A stretch of 64,000 nucleotides of DNA from Eledone cirrhosa (Eukaryota): the NCBI GenBank assembly GCA_964016885.1, contig OZ024742.1:137268001-137332000 (forward strand). The letters run 5' to 3'. Both the position numbers and the translations under genes were made by a program. Every line of letters starts with the position of its first letter. The first letter of the stretch is position 1. Shown one piece after another: positions 14,160 to 28,309 of this stretch. The notes under the pieces are model-generated. The model made no database searches and was not told the DNA's origin. It worked only from the letters and a program-made list of their open reading frames with translations.

Positions 14160-14725
14160 GGTGCGCGCGAGTGTGTGAGTGAGTGTGTCTTGTGAATGTG
14201 TCTGTTGTTTTTTGGCATATAGTTGAATAGTTTAAGAGTAATTTGAGGATAATTGTAAGATATGCACTTAATATTCTGAATTTGTCAACAGAATTCTCTA
14301 AACCTTTGTCACTTAGTAGAACCTTAATGATTTTAGCTTTTAAAGAATCTCCCTTTCCTTTAAATCTATCTACCATGACTGACCCCCCACTGATCTTATA
14401 GACACCTGTTAGCTTAAGAGAAACTTAATAATAAGGAATGGCATGCCATCCTGAACCTGTTTATAGAATTCTGTCTGCCTTTGTTACTCTAAAAACAAAA
14501 ATAAAATAAATAAAAATAAAAATAAAAATAAACTATAGCTTTGTAGAATTAGCTTTTAATGAATTCCCTTTTCTATCAACCAATGACCTACACCCATCCC
14601 ACTCCCCACCCTCTCCTACCACTTGTATAAATACCATACTTATTTTTTGATACCCAGATTCCTGATGATTTCTAAAGAATGAAACAGTTCTAGTCCTGTA
14701 GATTCTCATCTATATTAAAACTATA
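14160..14725 (+). mobile_element. Non-coding PLE 3' end / family A HHR element
   Basis: Reverse-complement homologue of 24740-25240. Ends with TATAAATA (14626), HHR (14657-14705), then (TA)n. Confidence 0.75.
14657..14705 (+). ncRNA. Hammerhead ribozyme, family A
   Basis: gattc CTGATGA tttc-taaa-gaat GAAA cag-ttctagtc-ctg TA gattc; one mismatch in stem I. Confidence 0.7.
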
Positions 14726-14960
14726 TATATATATATATATATATATGAATATGTCATTTATTTTGTCTGACCTGTTTAGCTTGACTTGTTTTTTGGCTTA
14801 GGTGGTTTATGGCTTCTTGACCGCCTTCTCAGTTTGTATGGCCTTTATAACCTATCTTTATTGCTCTGGTCTTTTTTAGCCCATGGAGCGCTTGCTAGCA
14901 TGATTCGGAATTTGCGTTACGTTTCGCTTTTTCTACCCGCCGAAATGGGATTCTCGCTGA

Positions 14961-15007
<47 letters not shown>

Positions 15008-15309
15008 TTAAAATAACAGATTAAAGTTTAAGCAAAGAATTTCTGCTTTCACCCTTAACGGATTTTAGCCTTCACATTGTTCTACAGGCAAGTTCAGCCA
15101 CCCTCACCTCCCACCCACCACCATGAAATATTTAATAGGTGTTTACAAGAAATTTTGACCAATCCTTTTGACAACTGCAATCTTCCCATATAAGGAATTA
15201 CCCCTTGAAAAGTTCGGGTATTTATTGCCATACTAAACATTCTAATTTATTCCAGAAATAGCCGTCGAACACATACACACACACACACATACACACACAG
15301 GCACACACA

Positions 15310-15387
<78 letters not shown>

Positions 15388-16321
15388 TATATATATAATT
15401 GTTTCAGAGTGAAGAAGTGTGTAGAATGTATATGATCGCTATAAATATCAACAAGGGAGTAAAATCACCAGGAAAGTAGTTAGAAACATTCATTCAGACA
15501 CAAATTAACAATAAAACAATAATAAGTATTTCATGTATATTCAATTAATAGATATATTTCTAAATATTAACAAGTAAAAAGAGATATTAAAAGAAAAGCA
15601 TAAGGAACTGTGAAAATCGTCTGTCGCCTGATCACAGACGTGTGATGAACATTTCTGAAATTTCATAATAAATTGCAATATATACATTGAATTGGCTAAA
15701 ATGACTTCGATTATGTAACTATTTTGGTTACTAGCCAGGGTTAAATTGACATTTGCGAAACAATGTTGCGATGTCTATCTATCTATCTATATATTTATCT
15801 ATCTATTTATCTATGTATTTCTCCCTCTCTTAATATCTATTTATATATATCTCTCTATATATATATGCGTGTTTGTGTGTATGTGTGTGTGTGTGTGTGA
15901 GTGTGGGAGAGATGTGGTGTATGAGTGCGTGTGTGTGGTAGTTATATTCAAGCAGCCGGTCTAGCCTAAAATGTATTCTTGACCAACAATATTTACTCGA
16001 GACGACCAGCATAGCCCGATATTGTTAAATATTGATTACACTGGATGATATGCTTCTAAATTTATTCTTGCTTCTTTCAAAAGACGTTTCATATTTAGAA
16101 GCTATTTTTTTTTTTGTTCATCGAAATTCTACTTAAGAGCATCTTTAACCACTGAATATTATCCTGATGTTTGGCATTCTTTTAAAGGACAGTTACAGTT
16201 GTTGTTGGCTAACTTTGTTCAAGTGTCAAATTCCGCTTACATAGCTAGCTAGTTGTGCAGTCTTTCTTTTATGAAATCACTTGTTCTCCCTTCTGTATCT
16301 CACTTTCTCTCATATTTCCTC

Positions 16322-16452
<131 letters not shown>

Positions 16453-17164
16453 ATTTTTTCTATCTATCTTCATATATATTTGTTATACATTTCTCTTACA
16501 CTCTGATATTCAGTTTTGCCATATCCTCCAGGCTTTCTTACAATAGAACTTTCTCGGGTTCATCTGAAACCGCTTAGTCTTGAATTCCTTCTTCGTGTTC
16601 TCTATATCTGTATAGCCTGAAGCAAATACTGTTAAAGTGAGGCAACCAAATGGTACCAGACGTCACGGCTTGTCTCAAGCTGCACGTTGTTAGATATTGA
16701 TCCCATTACTCTTATTATTGCCATAAAGTGTAATTATTAATACCATTATTAAAAGTATTAGTCCATGTTGATATTATTGATGCTAGTGTACAATTATTCT
16801 TTTTGTTTTCATTTAGCTATTTTTCTTTTCACAATAGATAATATTTTCCCACTCTTTTATTAAAGAACCTAGTATTTGTTAAATCAGTGGTATATGGATT
16901 TCTACCTAAATTTCCATTTTTACATTCCTTACATCACCATATTTCCACATTATCTCCTAATAATCTTCACCTGCATCAAATAGCACCACTTCACTTTATC
17001 ATTATCTTTCTACACGTTTTACTATGCCATACATAAATCCATCCATTCAAACTTTCACACATTAACAATACAACATTTACAATGTCAGAAGGATAAGCCT
17101 TCCCCATTTAGTCATTTGTTATGTGTGCATTCTCAACTTCAAAATAATCATATTTGTTTATTTA

Positions 17165-17352
17165 GTGGATTGGCAGTATCGGTAGAGGGTCGGACGTCAT
17201 GCTTTGCAACACAGAGTTACGGCCCTTTATGATCTGAGTTCAAATCCCGCCGAGGTTAACTTTGCCTTTCATCCTTACGGGGTCGATAAAATAAAGTACC
17301 AGTAATACACTGGGATAATTGCTGGCCTTGTGCCAAAAGTAGAAACAATTAT
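17165..17352 (+). mobile_element. tRNA-derived SINE, family 1
   Basis: A-box-like tggcagtatcgg, B-box gagttcaaatcc, conserved body gcctttcatccttacggggtcgataaaataaagtaccag; at least 6 copies in the window. Confidence 0.85.
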
Positions 17353-18497
17353 AATACTAACAAAATATGAACATAATACATATATTACAGTTTATATAGC
17401 TGTAGTAATGAGTTGTGATATCACTGGTGGCATATTGCATCTGCCATTTACTTTCCCTTGAACAACATCCGTGTCGTGAATACGCGTGGCCAGTATGCAT
17501 GTGCAATATATAAATATATATATATATGTGTGTGTGTGTGTATGTATGTATATATATATACATTTATATATGAATGTACATATGTATATGAATGTACATA
17601 TGTATATAATCCAGAGAAAACAGACGTAATGGATTGCCGAATAACGAAACCAAATTTCATTAGGAGGTGACCTGGACATTTAGAAATATTTGTATATCTA
17701 CGAAGAGTAAAAGTTTTGCCGGAACGAATCAAGCTATTAAAGGATTTTCATACACAAAGGCGCTAACGCACCAAGCAACGTCACTCGTAAAGCCTAGGCG
17801 CAAACCATCCCACTGTAGATATACTAAACATATAGTAATCCTTGTCATAATTTCACACACTAGTCCTTTTACATGTAACTCTAATTTAAAAAAATATTTT
17901 TTCATTCCTTTTCATTCTTTTTCTTTTTGACGAACAATAAAACATGAGACGAAACGTTTACCGTTTTCACAAGGTTTATAATTAATTTCTGTTCCAGCTA
18001 CGATCCCTTCCTCCTACTCCGGCATTCCTTCCAGCCCTCTATAGTTCACTCCACACCTGAATCCTCACTTACCGGTGTTTACACGCAACTAAATCGTCTG
18101 AACAACCAACAATATATCTCAGCTTATCAAATTATACTTTCAGCTTGAATTACTTAACTTGAAAAACCTGAAAGAAATATGATGCACCCAATTTTTAGCG
18201 CGGAATTACCAAAATGTTAAATGTTTAATCACATGATTTTCCTTAAACCATTAAATTATTAATAAATAAATAGTAATCTGAGCCACATCTTTTTGTATAA
18301 ATCTGAAAGAAATTCCCACCATCACTTGGATATGATATACAAATCGACATAGCCACTTGCCTCACTCCATCTCTTCTGACTTTTGAAAATCATGAAACTT
18401 GTGAAACCGGTAAAGTCATACAATATTGTCAATAGACCTTCTGAAAGACTGCCATTGCATTTCCAACTTCTTTTTCATATATATATATATATATATA

Positions 18498-18610
18498 CGT
18501 TATTTCGGGTTGAATCGGAGGTAACCACAGTAAGTAAGGTACTCAATACATTCCTGATGATTTCTAAAGAATGAAACAGTTCTAGTCCTGTAGAATCTAA
18601 TCTATATTAA

Positions 18611-18613
<3 letters not shown>
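18498..18613 (+). mobile_element. 116-bp element: inverted tail fused to family A HHR, between (TA)n arrays
   Basis: attc CTGATGA(18554) tttctaaagaat GAAAC agttctagtcct GTA gaat, preceded by the reverse-oriented tail. Confidence 0.8.
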
Positions 18614-18673
<60 letters not shown>

Positions 18674-18688
18674 AATATATATATATAA

Positions 18689-19170
18689 GAATGTGTGTAT
18701 AGTATATTTGGCAATATACCGTATGTTTAATAAAAAATATTTGGAAGACCATACGCTATCAGTTTTAAAGTATATCACTTACTTCTTTTCGGCGAAAGAA
18801 AGGAGAGAAGCTGACAGTCTGTTTCGCGCTGTTTGGCGTTCATCAGAGCCACGTACTCTCCTGCTTTCGCCGAAAATTATAGGAGCTGGATTATTATAGA
18901 ATTCCAGTAATAATCAGGAGCTAATTATACAGAGCGATTGCCGGTCCAGCAAAAATTAAGTATTAGGATTGGTGCTCTGAAATAGCGATGTATACATGAA
19001 TGTATGTATAATATATTTGGCAATATACCGTATATTTGATTAAAAACATTTAGAAGACCATACGCTATCAGCTTTAAAGTACTGACTATGCCACTTACTT
19101 CTTTTCGGCCAAAGAAGGGAGAGAAGCTGATTGGTGCTCTCAAATAGCGATGTTGATTGGATGTATAGTA
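18689..19170 (-). mobile_element. Retrozyme-like partial tandem, 316-bp period, with HHR
   Basis: Direct repeats 18689-18814 and 18998-19130; flanked by (TA)n. Confidence 0.75.
18809..18850 (-). ncRNA. Minimal type I hammerhead ribozyme, family C
   Basis: Minus strand ggct CTGATGA a-cgc-caaaca-gcg-c GAAAC agact GTC agct. Confidence 0.85.
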
Positions 19171-19182
19171 TAGTATATATAC

Positions 19183-19267
<85 letters not shown>

Positions 19268-19270
<3 letters not shown>

Positions 19271-19484
19271 CCTTAATTGGCGTTTAGTAGCACGCTCTAA
19301 TAACCTTTCTACACATACTAAATTTTGTAATCTCTGTATCCTCGAGACACACTCTATAATTTTCTCTAGTGAATCCTTACTTAATAGAAAGTCTGAGATA
19401 TTCTCTTCCTGCCCCCACGCTATTTCTAATTCTTACTTTTATTATAAACCTAAAAATTCTAGTAGTATAAATTTTAACCATTAG
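19268..19484 (+). pseudogene. C-terminus of PLE GIY-YIG endonuclease
   Basis: LNWRLVARS...CNLCILE...LLNRKSEIFSSCPH matches the W..C.LC..E..LN...CxH pattern also at 50690-50830 and 58779-58960. Confidence 0.85.
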
Positions 19485-21129
19485 CTGATATATTCCATTA
19501 CTTATTTTTTTAGTTTAGGTTCTTTTTGTTTACCACCATTATCATCATCATTATTATCATTGGTTTTTTGACAACTTTTTATTCTAGCTCTCATAATCTT
19601 TTGGCTACTATACCATATCTATCTTCTTACACATTAAATTTTCACTATTAACACCTTATAAGTATATATCTGATTATATATTTTATATTATTTTATTTTA
19701 TTTGGATTCTTCTTTGGATACCCCCCCCCCCATGCACACATAAACTTATTGTCAACCCCTTCAAATATATTATGATTATATTTAATCCCCTCCTCTCTTT
19801 TATGCTCCTTTCTATTATATAATACAGTATATTGATTATGATTTTATGCTCCTTTGTATCCCCCATACATTTCTTTCTTTCTGTCCATATTAGCCTACCA
19901 TAATTCTGCTTAAGTCAGTTTTTTAGATATCGTTATGTAAATGATAGTAGAATATTTCATTCCTTTATATATATATTTTTAGTGAAATATTAATGTTTAT
20001 GAATTTTGATTACTTAAACCATAGCTAATATTGTATTGCCTTATTGGGTATTTTAAATATTTTCAATATTAATTTATCAAATAGGGTTTTCGAGTCATTT
20101 ATCTGGGTTGTTTCCTAAGTTTTTACTTAACTGCATGTGAGACCCAAGTAAATACTTTTGTTTTTGTTTTTTAATTTCCGGTTGATTTTATTTATTTATT
20201 TATTAATACTACTGTGCATTGTATTTTTTGTCTGGCCCTTATTCACTCATCCACATATATGTCTATTTACCAACCTTGTAATTATAAGTAATTATATATT
20301 ATACTATGTTCATTATTTTATATATTGAAGTTGTTATTGTACTATTGATCCTTATTACTTACCGTTGATTTTATGTACCATTATGATATGTTAAATTTTA
20401 TATATCATGTAAGATGTTTATATTTTTGTACCATCATAATTTTGGGTATTGTACAATTTATATTTTTTTCTCACCTACTTTGTAACTCTATATGAATTGA
20501 TTTGTTAACTTACATGCCATTATATATCATATATATTATTATATTATTATTATAGTATTATTGTGACATCTATATTGTTTGTGTAAATTAACCGGAGATT
20601 ATCTATTATATTATATTATATATTATATAATTATATAGTTTATTATATATTATATGTGTTACTTTTAATCATTTCATTACTTCATGTATATTAGATATAC
20701 GTATTATTATTATTTTTATTCCTACTATTCTTATTTATATTTAAACTCTTAATAAGGTTTAATTTGTGCTGTTAATGATGGATATGTGTATTGACCTATA
20801 TGTATATGTGCGTACGTGTGCGTACATATATATATATGTATATTGTGCCTTTTAATTTTAATTTTTAATTTTAATTTTAATATTGTTACAAGTATATTAT
20901 ATTATATTATATTGTATTATATATAATTCCCGCTCTATATAACCACCTTTGTTTAGCTCTAGTTTTTTTTGCTTTTGACTATATTTGTAATATGGTTCAA
21001 AATGTTATACACCTCCTTAGTGATTTTTATTATATATTTTTACCCATAATCTTCCAATACTTTAGTGTATGTACACTCCATATTCTTCGGAGTTTCGGCT
21101 TGTATTGGCCGATAGTACTTCTTGTGGTT

Positions 21130-21180
21130 TTGATTGCCCTGATGAGTCCTTAATATGACGAAACATTGTTGGCTAATTAA
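21130..21180 (+). ncRNA. Minimal hammerhead ribozyme, family D-related
   Basis: gcc CTGATGA gtc-cttaatat-gac GAAAC att GTT ggc. Confidence 0.8.
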
Positions 21181-21218
21181 GACTTTTGATGTATTGAAGG
21201 CCTCTTTGTTTTATTTTC

Positions 21219-21354
<136 letters not shown>

Positions 21355-21768
21355 TATACATACATACATATATACATAAATACATAAACATTTGGCTGTT
21401 GGTGTGAGTCTATGCTTCTACACAGTGAAGTACATACAACCACGCACACACGCACGCACACACATACACACACGCAAGAACAAACGCACAGATACACGCG
21501 CAAACGAAATCTTGCTCATATTTGTGAGACAGAGAACGTAGAGAACGAACGAAATTTTCACATTAGTAGGTTGATAGTGAGAGCGATAGAATTATACATA
21601 TGTATATGATATACATACATATATATATACACATATATACACACACACATATATATATACACACATACACACACACACATATACACATATATATATATTA
21701 TATATTATATATATGTATATTATTATATATATATATTATATATATTGTATATATGTATATATTATATA

Positions 21769-21888
<120 letters not shown>

Positions 21889-21898
21889 TATATATATA

Positions 21899-21966
<68 letters not shown>

Positions 21967-22469
21967 TGGGTGGTAAGTGAGAGTAGGAGAACGGAAAAGA
22001 AGCGTTAATAAAGATAAAGTCCAAGCGGACATATTGCCCTAGGTTATTAATTTCTGTCTAAATTACACCCGAGCTCTGCCAGCATATTCTGAGTTAATTT
22101 AACGCTGAAGGGAAAAATATCCCTGAAAGGGAAGCGTTTGCCATCATCGAGTTAGCTATGACCAATGCACTTTGACTGCAACATTTGCACATTCCACGAC
22201 GTTGACTTTCAGCAAACTTACCAATTGTCTGTGGAGTGTATGTGTGAGTGTGTGTGTATGTGTATGTGTGCATGCAAGTGTGTGTGTGTGTGTGTGTGTG
22301 TATGCAAGGAGTATATGTGATATGCAAGTGTGTGTGTGTGTGTGTGTATGCAAGTGTGTATGTGTGCGTTGGATCCCGATACGTGTTCCAGTCGATCATA
22401 AAGGAGATTTCAAGGTGACGTAATGCGGACAAGTCTTCATCTTTGAATTACAGGTGCCCACGCATATTT

Positions 22470-22599
22470 TGCTACCTAAGTGGAATGAAGCAACTTTTAA
22501 TAAAGTATCTTGCTCAATGATATAATAGGGTTATAATCATAAGCCGAACACACTATTCCCTAAACTCTAACCCTTAATGCCTAACACACATGCCTTCAC
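22470..22599 (-). mobile_element. Degenerate SINE, family 2
   Basis: aataaagtatcttgctcaa...cacatgccttcac resembles 26365-26482. Confidence 0.5.
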
Positions 22600-22727
22600 C
22601 AATTGTATATGTATAAGATATAGTCTTACATTATAATAATTTTGGACAAGGATATTTTTGAGGAAGGTGGTGTAGAAGTGTTAGCTGAAGTAGTAGCGAT
22701 GATGTAGGAGCTAGTGATACTAGTATT

Positions 22728-22867
22728 AGGGTCGGACGCCATGTTTTGACGCATAGAGTTACCGTCCTTGCTATTCTGAGATCAAATCCCGCCGGCGTCG
22801 ATAAAATAATGTACTAGTTATGTACTGGTTTATTTCTGGCCTTGTGCCAAAAGTAGAAACAATTATT
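22728..22867 (+). mobile_element. SINE family 1, internally deleted
   Basis: gggtcggacgccatg...tcaaatcccgccg...gtcgataaaataa...ggccttgtgccaaaagtagaaacaatt. Confidence 0.75.
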
Positions 22868-22904
22868 GGTTGTGACATTACTGGTGGTGGTGTTGTTAAT
22901 AATT

Positions 22905-23020
22905 GAGTAGCAGTAGGAGTAGTAGCATTAGTAGTAGCAATAGCAGTAATAATAGTAGTAGTAACAGCAGCAGTAGTAGTAGTTGTAGCAGCTTCAGCAG
23001 CAGCAGTACTTGTAGCAGCT

Positions 23021-23088
<68 letters not shown>

Positions 23089-23108
23089 TGTAGTAGTAGT
23101 AGTAGTAG
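22905..23108. repeat. (AGT)n/(AGC)n trinucleotide array
   Basis: Directly visible. Confidence 0.95.
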
Positions 23109-23616
23109 ATTGTGGGGGTATAAATTGTAGTAGTTAGTAGTTATGATGGTGATAAGGATTCTCAAGCTGCTGATGCTGATAATTGTGATGACGACAGTCA
23201 CGTGTCATACGCATGAATAGGGTGGGAATGTTTGAGAAGTTGTACTTAGTGACATTTGTTTAGAAAAAAAATGTAATGGCTAAATATGTAAATTTATTTT
23301 TAAATATCAATTGGACATTTCTTCTTTTATTAATAAAAGATATGGTTGTTAAAAAGAAAATCACCTTTACTACTTACAAAAGAAGCTATCAAGTAATTGT
23401 ACTACAAACAGTTGTTTCTAAAATAGTCACAAAGTAAGCAATTTTGTGGAAGAAAGCACATATATTATATCAGCCTCAGTATTTCAATAGTAATATATAT
23501 TACCTATTATAAGTAATATATATTACTTATATAGTAGAAATACATGGTGAACATGTCCTCGGCGAGAATTGGACATAGAAGGTAAAGAGCGGGAGCAATT
23601 AGCCTGTGTATGAACC

Positions 23617-23661
23617 TCTACTACTACTATTACTACTACTACAACTACTATTGCTGCTCTG

Positions 23662-23720
<59 letters not shown>

Positions 23721-23813
23721 ACTACTACTACTACTATTACTACTACTATTGCTGCTGCTACTGCTGCTGCTGCTACTACTACTACTACTACAACTACTAT
23801 TGCTGTTCTGCTG

Positions 23814-23876
<63 letters not shown>

Positions 23877-23906
23877 TTGCTGCTGCTACTGCTGCTGCTG
23901 TTGTTG

Positions 23907-23947
<41 letters not shown>

Positions 23948-23960
23948 GCTGCTGCTACTG

Positions 23961-23996
<36 letters not shown>

Positions 23997-24062
23997 TTAC
24001 TACTACTACTGCTACTGCTGCCGCTGCTGCTGTTGCTACTACTACTACTTCTACTACTACTT

Positions 24063-24128
<66 letters not shown>

Positions 24129-24155
24129 TCTCTGCAACTACTAATACTAATACTA
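23617..24155. repeat. (ACT)n/(GCT)n trinucleotide array
   Basis: Directly visible, about 540 bp. Confidence 0.95.
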
Positions 24156-24157
24156 AA

Positions 24158-24455
24158 AAATAATTTCTTTATTAGCCACAAGAGCCTTCCTATAGGGGGT
24201 AATAAAATAGACAGGGACAGTGGGGGCTTACATATATAAGGTGTAATGAATATTCATAACAATAGCAAAATAATAAAATACAACAATAAAAATTGCCTAA
24301 TAAGGGAACCACACAGACGATTTAGGTACCCAAACGACGCTTCGAGAGCACCGTGGAAGGGCATCTTTCTCCCCCTCAAATTAACCAATGTCAAATTAAC
24401 CATGCTCAGAGAAGGCCCATTCACACGGATCATTCCCGCTACATTCACGCACCTG
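24158..24455 (-). mobile_element. Probable 3' end of an L1/Tx1-type LINE
   Basis: Minus strand has a short coding-like end (RCVNVAGMIRVNGPSLSMV), a UTR, then AATAAA immediately before the trinucleotide array. Family assignment is from recall, not a search. Confidence 0.4.
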
Positions 24456-24579
24456 TTAGCAATTTATAACGAAACAAATTTATCGTATACCTTGAATACA
24501 TAGAGCACAATCTAATATAAATATTTACGGACATGAAAATGCGTCACGTAGTCAATTTTAATTCACTGTACATCGGCAA

Positions 24580-24671
<92 letters not shown>

Positions 24672-25240
24672 GTTATTCCGAGTTCAATCGAGGTTAACCA
24701 CAGTAAGTAAGGCACTCAATACATACCAGAGTATAAATGTTTTGATATAGAAAAGCTTCTACAGGACTAGAACTGTTTCATTCGTGAGAAATCTTCAAGA
24801 AGCTGACTGTCCAAGTAAATGTGGTGGTATTTATATCTTTTCAGGTGGTAGGAGAGGGCGGGGATTGGGATGGGTGGAGGTCACTGGTTGATGGATTTAA
24901 AGAAAAGGGAGTTCATTAAAAGCTAATTCTTTAAAGCTATAATTTATATTAACAAAGGCAGAAAGAATACTGTAAACAGGTTCAAATTGGGATACCAATC
25001 CTTGTTTATCTCTGAAACTAACAATTCCTGTAAGTCAGGTGTCTACAGGATGGGTGGGGTTCATTGGTTTAAAGAAAAGGGAATTCTTTAGAAGCTAATT
25101 CTTTAAGTCTGAAATAAGGGTGACAAAGTCAGAAAGGGTTCTATAAACAGGATCAAGTTTTGGGGTGCTTCTCCTTATTGTGAAGTTTCTCTTAATTTAT
25201 ATTCCAGGTGTCAACAAGCATATTCACACACGCGCCCACT
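24672..25240 (-). mobile_element. Family A HHR element with complete tail
   Basis: Minus strand: internal tandem duplication, TATAAATA, HHR, then tail ending at the (GA)n/(TA)n array. Confidence 0.8.
24754..24804 (-). ncRNA. Hammerhead ribozyme, family A (UUGAAGA core variant)
   Basis: agcttc TTGAAGA tttc-tcac-gaat GAAA cag-ttctagtc-ctg TA gaagct; stem I sequence differs from other copies but still pairs. Confidence 0.75.
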
Positions 25241-25291
25241 TACACACGTACACACACATGCACACACACACATATATATATATATGTCGGT

Positions 25292-25402
25292 AAATGAATG
25301 AATGAATTCAATAAATAATCATTAATCAGAGCTTCTGTTCTTCAAACTTATAAGTTTATATAACTCTGATTAATGATTACTTATTTAATTCATTCATTCA
25401 TT
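25292..25402. repeat. Inverted repeat / hairpin within a TA-flanked insert (25286-25735)
   Basis: aatgaatgaatgaatt.aataa.taatcattaatcagag pairs with ctctgattaatgatta.ttatt.aattcattcattcatt. Confidence 0.7.
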
Positions 25403-25733
25403 AAGCCAAATCGTTGAAGCTGGGCTACACTCATATATGTATCTATGCTTGTGTTTGAATGTATGTTTCCTCTGACTTTGTTCTAACTTTACGGTTCAGT
25501 AAAATTAGGCAGTAACTAACCGTTAGCCACGTGATAATTTTCACTCGTTTGGAATTCATTACTGGCAACGAATGCTGGCTTAGAGGAATATCGGTAAATA
25601 TTTATCTATTATTTCTTCAAACTTATGTTTTAAATTTAGGTCCACTTAATTGATTATTTATTTAGTTAATTTCTCCGGACTAGGAAGAAAAATTGGGTAA
25701 ATTGTATCTGTCTCTTCTTCAAACTTATAATTA

Positions 25734-25785
<52 letters not shown>

Positions 25786-26289
25786 TAAGTTGGCGACCAA
25801 GTACCGATTAATGATGTATCCATAAATATATAAGAATATTAGACTGAATGTGTCATATAATTGCAGTATATAAGACAATTCTTTGTACGGCATATGCCAT
25901 AATACTATCAATTTATTAATAATAACCTGTAAATCAGAACAATTCTAAATGAAATAGCTGCATACAAAATCTACATGTGACTATATTTAATTTTTATTTA
26001 CAAAGGGAATATTCAGTAAAAGCGTTTATTTATTAGCCCTGCTGAGATTAAACACGTCTTTGTTTCGCATCTACCATCATATGCAATGCAACGGCGATAC
26101 AAGTCATGAGACTGATCTGAAATGCTTTGTGCGGAATATCTCATCCCCACATATATGATAAAATCCAATGAAGCTGTACTCAGAATAAGATTATATAAAT
26201 CATACACATACAAATGTATATACATATGTATGTGTGTGTGTGACAGCTCACACCTATGCAGGTTTCGCTGGCCTCCTACAAGGTATATC

Positions 26290-26482
26290 TCGTTGGAGGT
26301 GTCTTGGGTAATTTAATGATAGGGACTCCAGTCCTATCATCTCATTTCTACAGCTGAGTAAACTGGAGCAACGTGAAATAAAGTGTCTTGCTCAAGGAAA
26401 CAAAATATCACCCGGTCCGAGAAATGATTTCACCTTTCGATTGCAAGCCCAATGCTCTAACCACTAAGCCACACGCCTTCAC
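26290..26482 (-). mobile_element. tRNA-derived SINE, family 2
   Basis: Minus strand gtgaaggcgtgtggcttagtggttagagc (A-box)...ccttgagcaagacactttatttcacgttgctccag. Confidence 0.8.
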
Positions 26483-27565
26483 TTCATACATATGTATGGC
26501 TGTATCTAAATGCATATTGATATACATTGACTACAGATCATATGGAAGATCTCAAATAATTTCCGTCGTAAAACTTTCATCATCACAAGATACAAATGAA
26601 AATTCAAAATATAGATTGGTTATAATGAAGCAATAACAATTATTTATTCTCATTGAATAGCTACCATGGTCTGATCTTCAGAATGATTCCATTTGTCGTG
26701 GCATTGTGTATGTTACATTTTACAGCATTACAATTCTTCCTCAAGTCTTTGCTATTGAAGCAATGTAAGACAAAACATCTGCGCACTCAACAGAAAACGA
26801 CAATATATTCCATATAGACATCAATCTGAAACACATATTCTACATAACACTACAAAGAAGTATTAGTTATTACAAGATTATCGAATGCATGCATTTCGTT
26901 CTATTATTCGAATCAAAATTGTAAACATTACGTAGTCTCTTGAACAGATAGAAATATCAGACATTCTCGTAAAATGATGCCTGAATATCATTTGAATGTG
27001 GACACTTTGGACACTCCAGTAAAATAGACTCTTCAAAAGATTAAATATCTTGTAACATTATGTTTGCTGCATGAAGCCTTACTCGAAGCTAAACAACAAC
27101 AGAAGGATATTATGTCATACATAATATTAACTATTCAATATTACGCAATTTCAGATCATATTCTACTCAAAACCTCTTAAAACACTGCATAGTACATTAT
27201 ACCGTCTAATGTCTTTTTAAGATTATTGGAAAAGGCCTATGCTCTCAATTTCACAAACACTTTTGTTATATGCCCCATGTTCCATTTACTGGTCGGATAA
27301 TTTAGGGGCATTATGCCTGGAAAGAGAATCTTATTTAGCCCTAAGGACAATTAATACACATAGCGACTAATTCTATCTGGAACTACATATTACACCCTTT
27401 CTTTCTTGATTTCTTTTATTTTCTCTCTCTGACTGCCTCCTCTCATTTTTATTTCCCAAACTTGCTCCCATCTCATCACTAACCAAACATTCTTTCTCAT
27501 GCGTTGATAGAAATACCTCTTACATATTCACTCATCGTACGGATACTAGCTTAAAAGGAAAACGC

Positions 27566-27635
<70 letters not shown>

Positions 27636-27684
27636 AGAGAAAATGTGTGTGTGTGTGTGTGTGTTAGATAGCGAAAGAGAGAGA

Positions 27685-27770
<86 letters not shown>

Positions 27771-28309
27771 GTTATCCACTACTCTTTGAAATGGCGTGAG
27801 TTCAGCGTCTGAACACTAACACTTCACTATATATAACCTGCCGCCCGGATTTCTTCCACGTTTTGATTCTACCGCAACGTATGGGCAAATGTAAATTCAC
27901 ATCATCTTCCCCTCTTTGGTTTTACACAATATCACTTACTTGACAAAATGTATATTTGTATATCTATCATTATGTGATATTCTGTCATTCTATCTTTATT
28001 TATCCTTATGCTTATTGTACTAATACTGAACGCAATGATACATACATATGTACATACATACTTATATTTTGGCTGCATCTTAGTTTCGTCAATTGCCATC
28101 ATTTTACCTTTTTTTCTTACATGAATCTTACGAACATGACATTTTAGCCGTCAAGATCGTAGATTTCTGGATATGTTGTAGCGATAGAAAAAAGTCGTTT
28201 AGATCAAATGAGGACTGCACAAGAAGCTTTTTAAAGTGTAGAAAAGTGTTGCACTCTACCAATCCTATTCCTGAATAACGGAGACTGGTATCCAAAAGGA
28301 ACTGGTCAC

